From the NCBI RefSeq assembly GCF_018350175.1, contig NC_058383.1, positions 27,220,001 through 27,284,000 of the forward strand: 64,000 nt of DNA. Direction: 5' to 3'. A program made the translations under genes and the position numbers. Positions within the stretch are counted from its first letter, which is position 1, and each line of letters begins with the position of its first letter. The stretch comes from Felis catus. Lineage: Eukaryota. Under the pieces are notes generated by a model. That model saw only the letters and a list, made by a program, of their open reading frames with translations, did not search any database and was not told the origin of the DNA. This document shows positions 24,861 to 38,459 of the stretch, in pieces.

Positions 24861-25780
24861 CGTGACCATTTATTAGACCTTTATACTACTCTAAGCATTT
24901 CACAGATGTCTTATGTTACAAACAAACTTATGACTCTGGTGCTATCTTTGTCTCTGTCTTATAGATGAGACAACTGAGGTTCAGAGAGGTTGAATTCTCC
25001 CAATGCCACCCACCCAGTAATGCTCACGCTGTGAAAATTAAAAAAAAAGAATTGCCCCTTACTCTGGGCAATTTCAGTCCTGAGTTTAAGTGCATGTCTT
25101 GATAATTAGGGTACAAGTTGAGTTTTAGTTCTTGCTTACTCCTTCGTGCAGTGCACATCCCGGATAACCATACACAGAAGCATTATTCCCAGCTGATAAA
25201 TGGCAGAAATGAGATCCCAATCCAGGTCTGACGCGGATCTGGTTTTAAATTATTACAGATGCCCCATCACCCACCTCAGGTACCATTTCCCTCTTTTTTG
25301 ACTCAGTTCTAGATTCAACTGCATCCAAGGCTGCTCAGAAAATGCCCCATCCGATATCCCTGAGGGGGCAACAGCTCTGTCAAGTGTGGTGGCCGGGAGC
25401 AGATCCTTCCAGAACAGAATGGACCTCTTCCATCCCCAGGAGCTGTGACCACTTCATCACAGCCTCAGAAAGACTCTGGGCTCACAGAAAGCAACTCTCC
25501 ACTGTGACACAGATGTCCAATCCTTACAGCGGGTACCGCGGGGGCTCAGTCTCCCCGCCCCAATCAGGCAGGCACTTTGCACAGTGACCCTTCCTGATCT
25601 ACACTGTCAGGCTGCAATTTAGCCATTCTGAGGATTCTGCTCGAGGCTTCTGCAGCCAAGAGCTTGCTGCTGGGGACGCTCCCAGGGCCCTAGACGCCGA
25701 GCCGATGCAGCTTTGTCTTAAAGGCCCACGGCGCTGGACTCCAGGATCTCTGCTAAATGTTCCCAAGAGAGAAGTCAAAT

Positions 25781-25885
25781 AAGGAAGAGGGGAAGGGTAA
25801 TGGGGAGAGAGAGAAAGAGGGAGAGAGGAAAAGAGAGAGGGAAGCATGGAGGGAAGGAGAAAAGAGAAGAGGGGAGAGAAAGAGA
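25781..25885. repeat. Purine-rich (GA) low-complexity tract
   Basis: About 105 nt almost entirely G/A on the + strand. Confidence 0.8.
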
Positions 25886-26289
25886 CTGGGTGCCTGCAGG
25901 AAAAAACCAGGGACACGAACCGCAAGTCTGTCTGGAATGGAGACACTGGTCCTGCTCACTGGCAGGGAAAACACTAAGAGTTTACTTTTACCGATCACTT
26001 AGTTACAAAGACTAAGAGTGAGGGAGGGTAATGTGTGCCAGGTTCTATATTAAGCACGCTTCTTCAGCAGGGAACCTGTAACAGTTACCGGTCCTTCCCA
26101 GGTACAGCAATGGCGCCCGGCCCAAGCAGGAAGGCCACGAGATGATCGCCGGCTGAACCCTGGGAGCACAGCCTCACTCATACAGCAGCGGGGATTTCTT
26201 CCGTGCCTCCTCCACGTCAAGTACTGGGCATGATTCTTTGTTCCTACTGGAGCTTGGCTTATTAGGAGCATAGGAGACTGACTTCCTGA

Positions 26290-26795
26290 AGGCCCCAAGC
26301 AACGGTCTGTCATATCCATTCCCTTCACAATGTGACTTGGCATCTCCTCCCATCAAGAGATGAAGTGTGTTCCCCCACACCTGGAACATGGCCGGCCCAG
26401 GGGGAACTCGCCTTGGCCCAAAGAATATGACCACGCTTCCGTCTAAGTTTGGCTTCAAGACGCCTTGCACACTTCCCCTCTGTCCCTCTATTGCTCTCCT
26501 TCTTGGAACCCTGTTACTGCCACGTGGACAAGTCTGGGCTCATCTACTGGGGGTGGAGAGAACATGTGGAGGGAAGTCCACATGTCCCAGTTGAGACAAT
26601 GCTAGAGCAGCCCAGAGGAGTCATGTCAACCCCAGCCAGGAGAGCCAGGCAAGATCAGAGGAGCTACCACTGAGACCCCTGAAGAACCTCCAGCTGACCC
26701 AAAGACCTGGAAGCAACAATGAAGAACAAAACCGCTTACAGTTTTATACCACTAGGTTCTGGGGGGATTCGTTTAATCACCCCAGTGATACAACG
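26290..26795 (+). mobile_element. MLT1H-like ERVL-MaLR LTR
   Basis: ATGTGACTTGGCATCTCCTCCCATCAAGAGATGAAGT...CCAGGCAAGATCAG...GTTTTATACCACTAGGTTCTGGGG. Confidence 0.68.
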
Positions 26796-26915
26796 AGCAT
26801 CATCCAGATAAACAGTTGCAGAGACATGAAGTTACTATCTAAGGTCACTTAGCTAGTAAGTGGCAGAGCAGGGTTTCTGTACCATTATTAGGGATTTATC
26901 CATGATAATCCACAG

Positions 26916-27185
26916 CAGGGGACAAAAAACAAACTAAAATAAACAAACCAAAACAAAACAAACCAACAACAAAAGCTGGTCTGTAAAGGACCAGCTAATA
27001 AATATTTTGGGCTTTGTAGGTCCTGTACTCTTTGTTGTAACTACTCAATTCTGCCATTGCAGAGTGAAAGCAGTCATAAACTGCATATAAACAAGTGGGG
27101 GGTGGCTGTGGTCCAATAAAACTTTGTTTACAAAAATAAGAGGAGGGCCAGATTTGGCCCGTGAGCTACAAACTGCCACATCCTG
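26916..27185 (-). mobile_element. MER58A-like DNA transposon with an A-rich expansion near one end
   Basis: CTGTAAAGGACCAG..AAATATTTTGGGCTTTG...CAATAAAACTTTGTTTACAAAAA...GGGCCAGATTTGGCCCGTGAGC; followed by CTCTAGA. Confidence 0.8.
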
Positions 27186-30100
27186 CTCTAGACCACTTCC
27201 CTACACCATTACCCTTCTTTCTTTCCTTGTTGTCTCATTTTTTTCCTTTCTCTAGGATTTCCACGTAAAACCCCTCAATTATCTTCTGCCATTTTTCTAC
27301 TCGACTCCACGACATGTGACAACTAACTCTACACCCAGCGGCTTTGTTTCCCCAGTGTGTGTGTGACTCGACTCCCTAATTTTGCAAATCTCTGTCATTT
27401 CCAAAAATCAGTTTGACTGATATGTTTTCCCAATGTTAGGTTGATAGCTCTCTAGATTCCCTAGGTATGGGAACTGTAAAAAGTTATGATTGTATTCTAA
27501 ATCTAAGACCCAACATCATCACTCTGACAGTTGGCAATGCAAATTACTCCTGTTCAGAACATTTTTTTCAAAGTTTCAGTTCTGTTGCTACAGATTATTT
27601 GACTCGCTCTATAAAACTTTATCCCCCCCTCCCCAAAGAAAAGATCCAGGGTGATGCAGAAGTAACTCGGATAGCTATTTTATCACCCCACACACCCAGT
27701 CCCTGGGGCACCCTCTCTCTAAGAAGCAGGAAAGGCATGTGGTGACTTCTCGCAGAGAATAAAACTTGGGCTTGGAGCAAATGAAATCCCAGAGGTTTTC
27801 AGGGTTAAGGAAACTTATCCACCTCATCCCCAAAATAAAGCGTTACAGAAGATTTCACTTTCTCCACCTCTTACTTGCCCTTTCCACTTCTCTGTTGCCC
27901 TACTTAGAATACAGAACCTTGCTGGCAATCAAAGTAGACTCTGAGCTCTGTTATTTTTCTCCCAACTGAAAAAAAGAAAAAAAAAAAAAAGATCTGGGAG
28001 TTTAGCAAAGGAACTCATCCAATTTAGAGGCTGAGAGCCACGTCTTGAAAATTTCATCCAAGGTAAGTCAGGGATCGTGTCAAACTTTCCGTAATTTCAA
28101 CAACCTCCTAAGTGAAAATAAAAATGTCTATCTGGACTGACTTTAGGTTTTAAAGTTCCAAATCTAGGAAGGTAGAGGGAGGCCCATCTCGTTTTTCATT
28201 ATGGTTAAATTCCATTTCCAAGAAGGGCCGGCCTCAGTCTCGGCATCTGGCATTGAGTGAACTGTGTCTGGAGGTCGCCATTACCACCAAGGCCAAGAAC
28301 AAAGCGAAAAGAGATGCCTTATAGAACAGGGTCCCTTGATTGCACGGAGGTACGAGTGCATTCCACGTCCAGAATGCACTTCCCTGGGGTGCCCCAGACA
28401 GTCCAACCCAGCCAAGTAAGAGCCCAAAGCGTGCCGCAGAACGTGCATTGGTCAACCTCCTGGAATGACACACACTCGCTCTGTGCCAGAGGTGGTGTTA
28501 ATCACTTCTAACATCATTACCTCCATGATACAAAGAAACTGAAGACCAAGGTCAAAGGTCCAAATGAGTGAAGGCAGAGCTGAAGTTCACAGCCCCTTCA
28601 TCTGAGTTCAGAGGCTTCTCTTAAGACAAAATAACTGACTTAGTGAATGATCCTATTTGCGGGATCATCTATGACCAGGTACAGATAAGTTCCTGGTGTC
28701 GGTCAACACCCCCAGCTCTGTCACCATAACCCAATCACCCTCAGGCCTTCTGAAAAACTTGTTTTAAGAGGACTTTCATTTGATGAGTAGCATCAGATAA
28801 GATATGGGGCCTTTGAGGTCGGCAGGCAGGGGATTATTATTTCCCATTACACAGATGTGGAGACTGGGGCCCAGGGAAAGTAAACAGCCTGCCCACCAGC
28901 CTATCAGTGGCACAGCCAAGAATGGACCATGGGTCCCGGCCTCCAGCCCGGAGCCAACAAAGGGGTGAGGATTAGGCTGGGGTGGAACACGCTCAGCTTG
29001 ATTTTGCACAGTCTTTACACGTTCCAGGGCCAGGAACCCCGTGAGCCCATTGAGCTGTGTTTTCCTAAGGCTACCAAGGCCAAAATATACCTCACATTTG
29101 GAGTATGTTGCAATGGTGGGATGTAGGGGTGAAAAACGCTTAAGTAAAAGACATATACAAACACAGATACAGCTGGAAATTGTGCTTTTATCTCCACAGA
29201 TATGCATCCTTGTCTTATAAAAAGTCTTAAGCAAAACACACAGTTCCACTGACCCAAAACTAAAGAGACAAAACACAGCAGGTTGGGGGGCGGGGAGTAA
29301 GGAAGGGAATCAGGAGACAAGATCCAATACAGAATTTAATTTGCTACCAGGAGCATGGGAAGCATGCAGAAAATTACCATACGTACTAGGCACTTGTGAG
29401 AAGCAGAACTCTATCTCGGAGCTCCCTGGCAGGCAATGCAAAGAGGGAAACACAATTAGCTTTGTGATTCTGTGTCACAGATGGGATTCCTCACTTTACT
29501 GTAAAGACTCTTTATCACCCTTCATTTTTCAGTACCATTAACTGTGTTCCGTTTCCCAGGTATTAGTTCTGTCTCTGTATCTGCCGAGCTGATCTGAAAT
29601 GACCTGCAGCAAAGTCTCTGCAGAAAAGCTTCTGGAATCAGAAGAGCTGGCTGCTGTCTTGCCTCCCTGCGATTGCCAAGTGTTTATTTACCGAGCATCG
29701 CCTGCACAGACTGCCGATGAAGAAGTTTAAAATGGCTCCGGTAGGAGACTGAACCGTCAGAATAGCAAGTGGAAACAAAGCAGAGACAGCTCTTTCAAGT
29801 GGAAGTAAATGACGAAACGCACATTTGGGTTCATGTCCTCTCCATGGGGCCACAGTTTTTCTGAAGCCCTTTCCTGTACGAAGCGAGGCATGCGGGAGTA
29901 AGGTGACCCCTCCCCACTTCTCTCTCTGCCCTACCTAGTCCTGCTGGCAAAGGATGGCAGGCGGAGCCAGGGGACCTCAGCCCCAAGCACTGAATGGGCC
30001 ACGTGACTAATGGGTGGGGAAGGAGACTCAGGCCCTGGCTGCACAGTAGGCTTTGTGCAACAGGGCTGTAAACTGAGTCAGGCTCCCTGAAGACATGCAA

Positions 30101-31809
30101 GTCTTCCAGGACCCAACTTCAGCCCCTCGACCTGTACTCCCACCCCCACCATCCTCAAGCTCTGGGCTCCAGAGCAGACTTCGTGTGCTCGGGGCATCAG
30201 GAATATGATTCCCCATCTGCTACTCTAGCTGATGTGCAGAGACCCTAGGAAGCCAGGAGGGAAGAGGGGTGATCAGCAGGACAGGATATCCTGCCATCCC
30301 TGAGTTTAATACCATTGGACAACCCCAGAAACCTTTGTTTAACACCCAGCAACTAGTATTTCAGCTTTCATTTCACTGACCTGCAACCATCTCCCTAATG
30401 CAACCACCACTTAGTGGAGCCACTGTAGCTCCCTTAGGATAGTTGTACCAATTAAATAATGTGACACTTCCGAGGTGTAAAGCCATGTATTTACTCCCAA
30501 ACCAGACGCTTGAGGGTTCTTAAAGATTTTAAGCAGGGGGAAAAAAAAATCTCCCTCTTCGGAGTCAACGTGAGCGAACATTGTTCGCTGTTCAGAAAGG
30601 CCAGTCACAAAGCAGCTGGAGGTATGAAACCTTGGAAACGTATGAAAACGCATCCAGGTGGCTGTGAAGGGCAGAGAGCCGGTGGGATGGGGCTGTGCTC
30701 CTAGTGCAGACTCAGACAGAACGGGGTTAGATCCAGCTTACACGCTGTGGGATTTTGAGCGAGTTACTTGACCTCTCTGCACCCCATTATCCTAATCTGC
30801 AAAATGGGGCAAAGCCAGCTATTACCTGGCAGAGGAGACTAAAAGAGATAAAGTGTTCAGGCAAGAATAATTAGGAGTCCCCAGGGCACCCCTGCCGTTG
30901 AATGCAGAGCAGCTACCCAGAATCCGAGGCTGTGCTCTCTGCAGGGGATCTTCTGCTCAGCACAGCCTCCGAATCCATTCTTCAGGGGTTTCTAACACAG
31001 TTTGGGGAGGGAAGGAAAGGTTTCTGGAAAACCCGGTTGCTGGGGCTGGGCTCAACTTGGCTGGTGTCACAGCTAAAGACGCCTGTCTGAGGACAGGGAA
31101 CCTCAGAGGCTGTCTTGAGGCTGCTCCATGCAAGGTGGCGCTGGGGGTGGGGGGGATGAGGGGCTTGCTGGCCAGCCTGACACGTCTGAAGACGTGTTAC
31201 TGCTCCAAAGTACAAAATAAGCAGAGTGCGGGTAACTCAACACTATTTTTATCACTGCTCTGACACTCCCAGACCACAGGCAAAAGCTATTGCTGGAGGG
31301 AGGGTGGCAGGGCACTGTTTATTCAGAGCGAGGGGCGGCCTGAATACCAATGGGGCCAGCGGGAGACTGAGCTGCTAGGGCTTCCAGGGGACAGGGCCCA
31401 AGAGAGGCGGGGAGGGGCACAGCTATGCGGGGACCCAGAGCAGGGCTGACCTGATGGAGAGAAATGTCCTTCGGCAAACTCAGCGCTGTGACCGGCTGCC
31501 CCGGGGCAGCGCCCTGTCTCATCTCCATCCTGCCCAGGAATCTCCAAGTTCCTTTTCCCCCTGAGAGGGGGACAAAACTTGTCCTCCAGGTGTAGGCAGC
31601 TCAGATCTCAATTGTGACAGCTCTGAGCTCCTTCAGGGCAGAAACCTGATCTGCCACGTTCACCATTATATTCCCAGCGACCAGACAATGCCTGGCACAT
31701 ACAGAGAGCAGGCACTGGATAAACACATCCCCAAAGCAGTGTTATCCAAGGGCTTGGGGGGGCATTCGTGATCAGGGCAAAGAAAACGCATGCCCTTTTG
31801 TCTACTACA

Positions 31810-32160
31810 GAGAGATAATAATAATAATAACACACACAAATAACGTGCATAGTAGGGTACAAGAGAGCAAGAAGGGGGTTAGGAAGCTCAGAGGGAAGGG
31901 TGCAATCTTTCAAAGTGAGAGGAGAGGGTGTGATGTGAACAAAGACCTGATGTGGGGGAGTGAACAGGTTGTGTGGATATCTGGGGGAAGAGCTTTTCAG
32001 GAAGTGGGAAGTGCAGTGCAAAGGCCATGAGGTGACAGCATGCCCTGTGTGGCTCCCCTCACCAGTGGGGAGGAGCAAGGAAGCAGGAATGGAAAAAGTA
32101 AAAGGATGAAAAGGAGGAGATTAGGTCAGAGAAGGAACAGGGCCCAGATCATATAAAGCC
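31810..32160 (-). mobile_element. L2 fragment
   Basis: GTGGATATCTGGGGGAAGAGCTTTTCAGGAAG..GGAA..GCAGTGCAAAGGCCATGAGG...AGGTCAGAGA...GGGCCCAGATCATATA. Confidence 0.65.
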
Positions 32161-32168
32161 TTCTAGAA

Positions 32169-32360
32169 CCGTGGTTCTCAATGGGAATCATTTTCTCCTC
32201 CATGGGACATCCTTGCATGACTGGAGACATTTCTGGTCGTCCCAATCGGGGATGGAGGATGCTGGTATGGATGGGTAGAGGCCAGGGGTGCTGCTAAATG
32301 TCAATGATGCACGGGACATCCCCACAAAGCATTACCTGGCCTGAGATATCCCCTGGTGCA
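32169..32360 (+). mobile_element. MER20 DNA transposon
   Basis: GTGGTTCTCAA...CTGGAGACATTTCTGGTCGTC...TGGGTAGAGGCCAGGGGTGCTGCTAAA; preceded by TTCTAGAA. Confidence 0.8.
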
Positions 32361-34394
32361 AGTCTAGACCATCGTAAGGACCTTTTGGCTCTTGCCCTGA
32401 GTGAGTGGAGATTACGTGCCGAATGAATGAACAGTAACACAAATGGTAAGTCAGGAGGTGTTTCATCTTCTTCCGAACCCTTTGTCCTATTAATAGAGTT
32501 GGGAAAAAGAGAAGAATAGGAAAACAGAGAAAAGAGGCCTTTCTTCCTGCCAAAAGCACACAGTCGAACTCCGGGTTTTGAAACGTCCTACTTTATGTGC
32601 AACCTAAAAGGATGCCAACTGCCGTCTGGCCTGGTGACAACGGAAGAAACTTCTTGGAAAGCTGGCTGCGGTAACAAGGGGGTGGCCAGGATCCGCCCAA
32701 GGGGAAAACCCTGAAATCAACAGGAAAAACCAGGTTTATCGGGCACTGGGATATAACAGGGCCTCAGAGGAGGTCAGCTCAACATCCTTTTCTCCCCAGG
32801 TGAAGACAGGAGGGCAGGGTGGTGGCCATGTTGGTGGCTCCTTGAGAGCTTTCTCTCCCAGTCGCCAGGTCCTGGCCTAGCTACTCCTAGACACCTATGG
32901 CCCTGCCTCATTTCATGTGGGTGATTAAAGCAAGGAGGACTTCATTCGCTGTTCCTGCCTCTGAGTTTGTGAATAATCAAAGGCTAATTAGCCAGGGCCC
33001 CATGGGAGGAGGACTTAGCCATGCAAGACATCTACGAAGCTCCGAAAATAAACTGAGAGGCGGATCTGACTTGAGCGCCCACAGGGATCACTGGGGATGA
33101 GGTCGGCTGGGGCCCAAGAGGGGAAGATTTCTCCAGGGCCAAGCTGACCCTTAGGCTCAAAGACATAGAAGGACGAGTCGCTGAGGATCTGGCTTTCCTC
33201 AGCCAGCTCACAGATCAATCAAATCAAAGCATCAAAAATCCAGAGCGAGATTGGAGACTGGGAAGGGCAGAGGAAGGCTCTCCTGGCCGGAGTCAAACCA
33301 TCAGGGTTCGGTCCCTGGCTCCTTCCCTTCCTGGCTGTGTTAAAACATCTAAGCCCTTTGAGTCCCAGTTTCTTCATCTGTGAAATGGAATCAAATGCCA
33401 ATAATCAGAAATAGCCCCGGGAAAGGATTTGGAGGGGTGGGTGGGAAGGCATACCGAAGACGGCAGAAGTCCTATTTACTGATCCTTGTGCCCTAGACAC
33501 TGTGCTAAATGTATAGACTTATTAGCTCACTCAATTCTCAAACCCCAAGGTGGCACTGGGTACCCCGCTCTAACGGAAGGATGCTGTGATTCAGAGGCAT
33601 CACGCCACTTGCTTGGGCCAAGGAGTGGGACCCTCCTTTCTCCAAGTTGTATCAGTCATACCGCCACGCACAGAACACTTTGAACTTCGCACACGTACTG
33701 TCGGGCCGGGTCCTTAGAACACGCAGGAAAGCCAGCTATCCAAGTCATCACTGCTCCGTTTTGCGGGAGAGAAAACCAAAGCATGTCCCTCCGTGTCCCA
33801 CCGCCAGAAATCTCTACTGGGCAAACACAGCCCCCTGCCCCCCAAAAGAGTCCCTACCCCTAAAAATGTGGTTTGGGTCAGGTGACAGCCCCGTGAGGAA
33901 GGAGAGGTGGCACGTCAGCGGTTGGGAAGCGAGCAGGCGCCATGCTCTTCAGCGCTCAGAAGACTGGGCCGCCAGCAGCTGCACACCATGCAGAGCGCCC
34001 ACGTGTTCTTCATCCATCCTCACAGAGCCTCCGGGTCACTGCTCTAGTCGCTCCCATTTTACAGTTGATGGTCAAGCTCAGGACAGCAAGATAACTTCAG
34101 CCATGCGGCTGGCAAACAGAGGTACCGGGACTTGAACCAGATTGGTTGACACGTTCCCAGCCACGGTGGGGCCCCTCAAAGTCTTTGTTAACTATGACGA
34201 TGGGAGTCAGGAATCTGAAAAACTGTTTCACAAGCACCCACGGGACCCTGGGATGTTTAGTTTCCCCATCTCTGGCCTTAATCTTTTTCTTACAGGGAAG
34301 GGGGCTCAGTGAGATATCCCTCAGCTCTGACCTCACGTGCTGCTCTATGTTGATCTTAAACCAGTGTTTCCCAAGGGAAATGTTGTAACCCGCC

Positions 34395-34700
34395 TCAGGA
34401 CCTTTGCACTTACTATGTCTGAAAAAGATCACCCCGACTTCTCTTCATGGTTCACTCCTCAGCCAACTGTTCAGAAGACACTCTGAGAGCCACCCCTCAC
34501 CCCTCAAATAGGCATTCCCTAACCCTCTTACTAGGGCTCTTTCCCGTGTCACCTGTAACTAGGACATGATATATTTACTTATCATGTGTATCCTCCAACT
34601 AGAATGTAAGCTACTTTGTTCCATCCCTTATGCACCCGTAAACCCCAGCTACTACATGACAGAAATCAGGTAAATATTTGTTGAGCAGATGTGTGAATAC
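34395..34700 (+). mobile_element. L2 3' fragment
   Basis: CCTCAGGACCTTTGCACTT...CAACTAGAATGTAAGCT...TAAATATTTGTTGA. Confidence 0.65.
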
Positions 34701-35729
34701 ATTAAATCCTTTTCAGTGCCCCTACTACTTTCCAGGCAGAAAGCCTGGGTAACCCCACCACCATGATGGAACCTAGCCACGTGCAATTATCAACCTGGCT
34801 GCCGTGTTTAATAAGCAAACCTGAGTTGGACGCAACAGCTTACAGGATGGGAGTGAACTTCATAACCAGACAAAGTAGGCTGGCCGATTCCACTTGCAGA
34901 AAATACCTCTCAGCCCTCTCCATCCCGTTAACCTGCTTTTCTTTCCTCAAGGAGATTACAAAACAAACCATCACCCATTACCATTGGGTTTAATTACTCA
35001 GATGATTTTAACAGTGCAGCAGGCTTTAATTACAGGCATTTCTGCTGCCAAGGGACTAAAGGTACCGGCCACGAGTGTCCACGGTTTTCTAGGAGGGGTC
35101 ATAGAGTATGGGGGCTGATTTAGCGCTGGCTCAGCCACAGAGATTCTGCCAGGAGAGTTGCTTTTAATTTAACCCCTGCAGATACTGAACCGGGACCACT
35201 CATGCTGGATTTCCTCGATGGCCAAAGGACAGCCATCCTTCACAAGTGAATGCCAGAAGGAACGTCTGCAGAATGAGATCCTGCTCTTTGAGGAAGGTTC
35301 CAAAAGACTAGCGACACGGGAAGGATTTTTCTCCCCGCACCGCCCTCCCAAACCTGGTGGGTGTCAAGCCCTGGGAGAAGCCTCACCACTGCTTTATTCC
35401 AGACCCATTTCAAAGCACGCACCCAGGCAGCACACCGAAATGAAAGCCGGCTGCCTAGGCTTTCGGTTAATGAGATGAGAATTGAGGTTCAAAAATAAAC
35501 TGTGCAAAGCCTCGTAGGGAAATACCAGATGACAGAAGAAGAACTGGGCGACCGAGTGCATAAAAGGTGGCAGTGTGGGGAGCCCACGTCTAAGTCAATA
35601 ACCGGGTCAGGCGGAATCTGGGGGTCAAAACAGTAGCTTAGTTGTTAATCAAGTGGTAGAACTGACCTTGGATGGCCAGGTAAGAGTTGCAGCTCTATGG
35701 AGATGCTTCCACGCTCCCAACCAACGTTG

Positions 35730-36010
35730 CCTTTTAGCAAGCACACAGTGATGCCATTTCTAGGAATTTAACTTTCAAGGTTGCTTGTGCTTAAGTCAAA
35801 CAACACGCAGGCAAGGGAGGATTGCTCCCGCAGAGTTTTTAGATGCGAACGACTGGAATCCACCCCAGCCTTCCTTGGTTGGGGCCCCAGTTAAATAACT
35901 GATGCTCTGTTGATACAAATGGAAAACGATGCGGCAATTAAAAAGAACAAGGGAATTCTATATGCACTGAGGCGGAACAATCAACAGGGTATGTGGATAA
36001 GCAAACAAAA
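35730..36010 (+). mobile_element. Ancient L1 (L1ME-like) fragment
   Basis: CCATTTCTAGGAATTTA...GACTGGAA..CACCC...GTTAAATAA...ATGGAAAAC.ATGCGGCAATTAAAAAGAA. Confidence 0.55.
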
Positions 36011-36233
36011 AAAAAACAAAAACAAAAAACCCCAAGATTTGTGACAGGGGGCGTGGTGGCCTGTCCCTATGAGTTAAAAAGAGCAGCACAAAAGCACAGT
36101 CCAAAGCCAGACCACCTTAAGATAGGATTCCAACTCCCAGTCACTAGTTAATGGGACTTCGGGCAAGTTACTTTGTCTCTATGGACCTCGGTTTCTTCAT
36201 CCATCCAATGAGCTATTAAGAAGAGTTAATGTA

Positions 36234-36461
36234 GGGGCGTCTGGGTGGCGCAGTTGGTTAAGCATCCGACTTCAGCCAGGTCACGATCTCGCGGTCCGTG
36301 AGTTCGAGCCCCACGTCGGGCTCTGGGCTGATGGCTCAGAGCCTGGAGCCTGTTTCCGGTTCTGTGTCTCCCTCTCTCTCTGCCCCTCCCCCGTTCATGC
36401 GCTGTCTCTCTCTGTCCCAAAAATAAATAAACGTTGAAAAAAAAAAATTAAAAAAAAAAAA
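36234..36461 (+). mobile_element. Young full-length felid SINEC_Fc-type element inserted in a MIR; perfect 16-bp TSD
   Basis: A box TGGCGCAGTTGG, B box GTTCGAGCC, many CpGs retained, long A tail; TSD AAGAAGAGTTAATGTA at 36218-36233 and 36462-36477. Confidence 0.97.
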
Positions 36462-38344
36462 AAGAAGAGTTAATGTATCTGAACATACGTTCTCAACAAG
36501 GCTTATGTGTCCCCCGCCTGAAAGGGCAAACATTAGCTCAGACCAAGAGGTGGTGAAAAGAATCTTCAGCTATTACAGTGGTCTGGGATCCTCCAAAGCT
36601 GACCCTACCGGATCAATCTTAACCCTTAGCGTTTAATTTTAAACGATGTTTTTCTTCTTAGGAGAGTGATCTTGAAAAAAAAGGTTGACAGACACTGGTC
36701 TGAAGTCCTCAAAAGCTGCAGAGAGCAGATGGGGAGGACACTGACCCGTGACACTGCTGTCAGGCTGAAATGAGAGGCCACGAGGCCCCATCTCTTTATC
36801 CACCCCACCCCCCAACGCCCCACCATGCCAGGCGGTGAACTTGAGTAACAAGCCTCATTTCTCAGATGAGGAGCCTGAGGTCCAAAGAAACCAAGGAATT
36901 AGCACAGCCAGGCTTTTCACCTGGTCTCCACGACTGGGAGCCCCCACTCGACACACTAACGGTGCTTCAAGACCACACGCTTCACAGAGCTGCCCTACAA
37001 TCCATTCCGGGTCGTGATAGGTCAACCCAAATACACCCTCATCCATTTGAGCGCCAGTACAGGATGGCAAGTCTAGCCCAGAGACTGCTATAGCACACGG
37101 CCTGGAGCTCCCGTCAGGTCAACTTGAGCCGCTGGTCCTTTGCTCTGACAGTGTCTTCTTGGGAGGCTCCCTAGAGACATGTCCAAAGCCCTGAGCGCTA
37201 AGAACAATCCTACCTGCTGTGAACAATGGTCTCTGTCACTTATTTGGACACAGGGTGACGGAAGGCAGTGAACCTGTTTTTCCTGCTGGCTGCCAGAAGG
37301 CTGTGAGCTCAGTCTCTGGTTCCCCCATCACGAGGCCTTCGTATTATCAATCCTGACTCTAAGTTAAGGCCCCACCACTGTGTTTCTTTCCTTTGGCCTC
37401 ATTTTCACTTACGCCATCTTGTTTTGTAGACTGTGATACAACCGTCCTAGAATAGGACGTAAATAGGAGGAGTGTAAAGAAATAGTTCAACACAAACTCA
37501 AGGAACTAACTCCAAGAGGTTCCAGAAAAAGCCACCACTGACAGAACTCATTGGGCTAGATCACCCAATTTCCCAGGCGCTTTTGAGGGAAGCTGGGAGG
37601 GCAGACACTGGTGTTTGGGCTGGAAAATATAAGATGGAGAAGTCTCATAAGGTAGGGAAGTACGTATATGGAGGTGGAAAAGAGCAAGCAGGGGCTTAGT
37701 CATGAGGGTCTTAGCAGGCACATCAAGTGATTCCCTGGTTACTTCACTCACTCATTCATTCATTCATTCATTCAGTCAGTCAGTCAGTCGGGACCTGCCA
37801 CTTACAGAGCACCGGGCTCCATGCAAAACTAAATGGTGGTGACAGAGGCCAAAGGGTCCACACGGCTTCAGATATTTACCGTCAGACCCTTTACAGCAAG
37901 TCTGTCAACCCCACATTTTATTTGTCAGTATACAAACATTTTTTAAACCAACAGAAAAATTCTGACACCCTCTTGAGACCCCGGGTTTCTCATCTATTAC
38001 ATGTGGCACGATAAGTGTGCCAGTGTGAAGATTAAATGACAGAAGGCACAGGAGGCTCTGAGAAGGAAGCCTAGGCACAGACACTGCCATGCTTTTTTAT
38101 GCCCATTACTACTGATCTCCCAACGGCTGGGAGGACAGGGAAGGAAGAACGCCAATGTGTCTTTACAACACAGGCAGCCTTTTTCATTGCAGTTCTAGGA
38201 AGGGGTATAATTATGATTGAAGTAATCCAGGCCCTTTACAGGCTATTTTCCTATGCTCTCTAGATGTTCAGATGAGTATGGGTTTTTTCACTATTTCAAC
38301 AGTTCTGAAATGGAGGCTTATCGTAGGGTCAATGTGGACACCTG

Positions 38345-38417
38345 ACTTGTTCATTCATATTTGCTGAGAACCAACTATGTGGCAGGCACTGAAGATCTGT
38401 GAAAATATGGGAGCACT

Positions 38418-38459
<42 letters not shown>

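Noticed and set aside
36234..36315. tRNA-like sequence with A and B boxes
   Set aside because: It is the tRNA-derived head of a CAN-SINE, followed by a CT tract, A tail and TSD; not a tRNA gene
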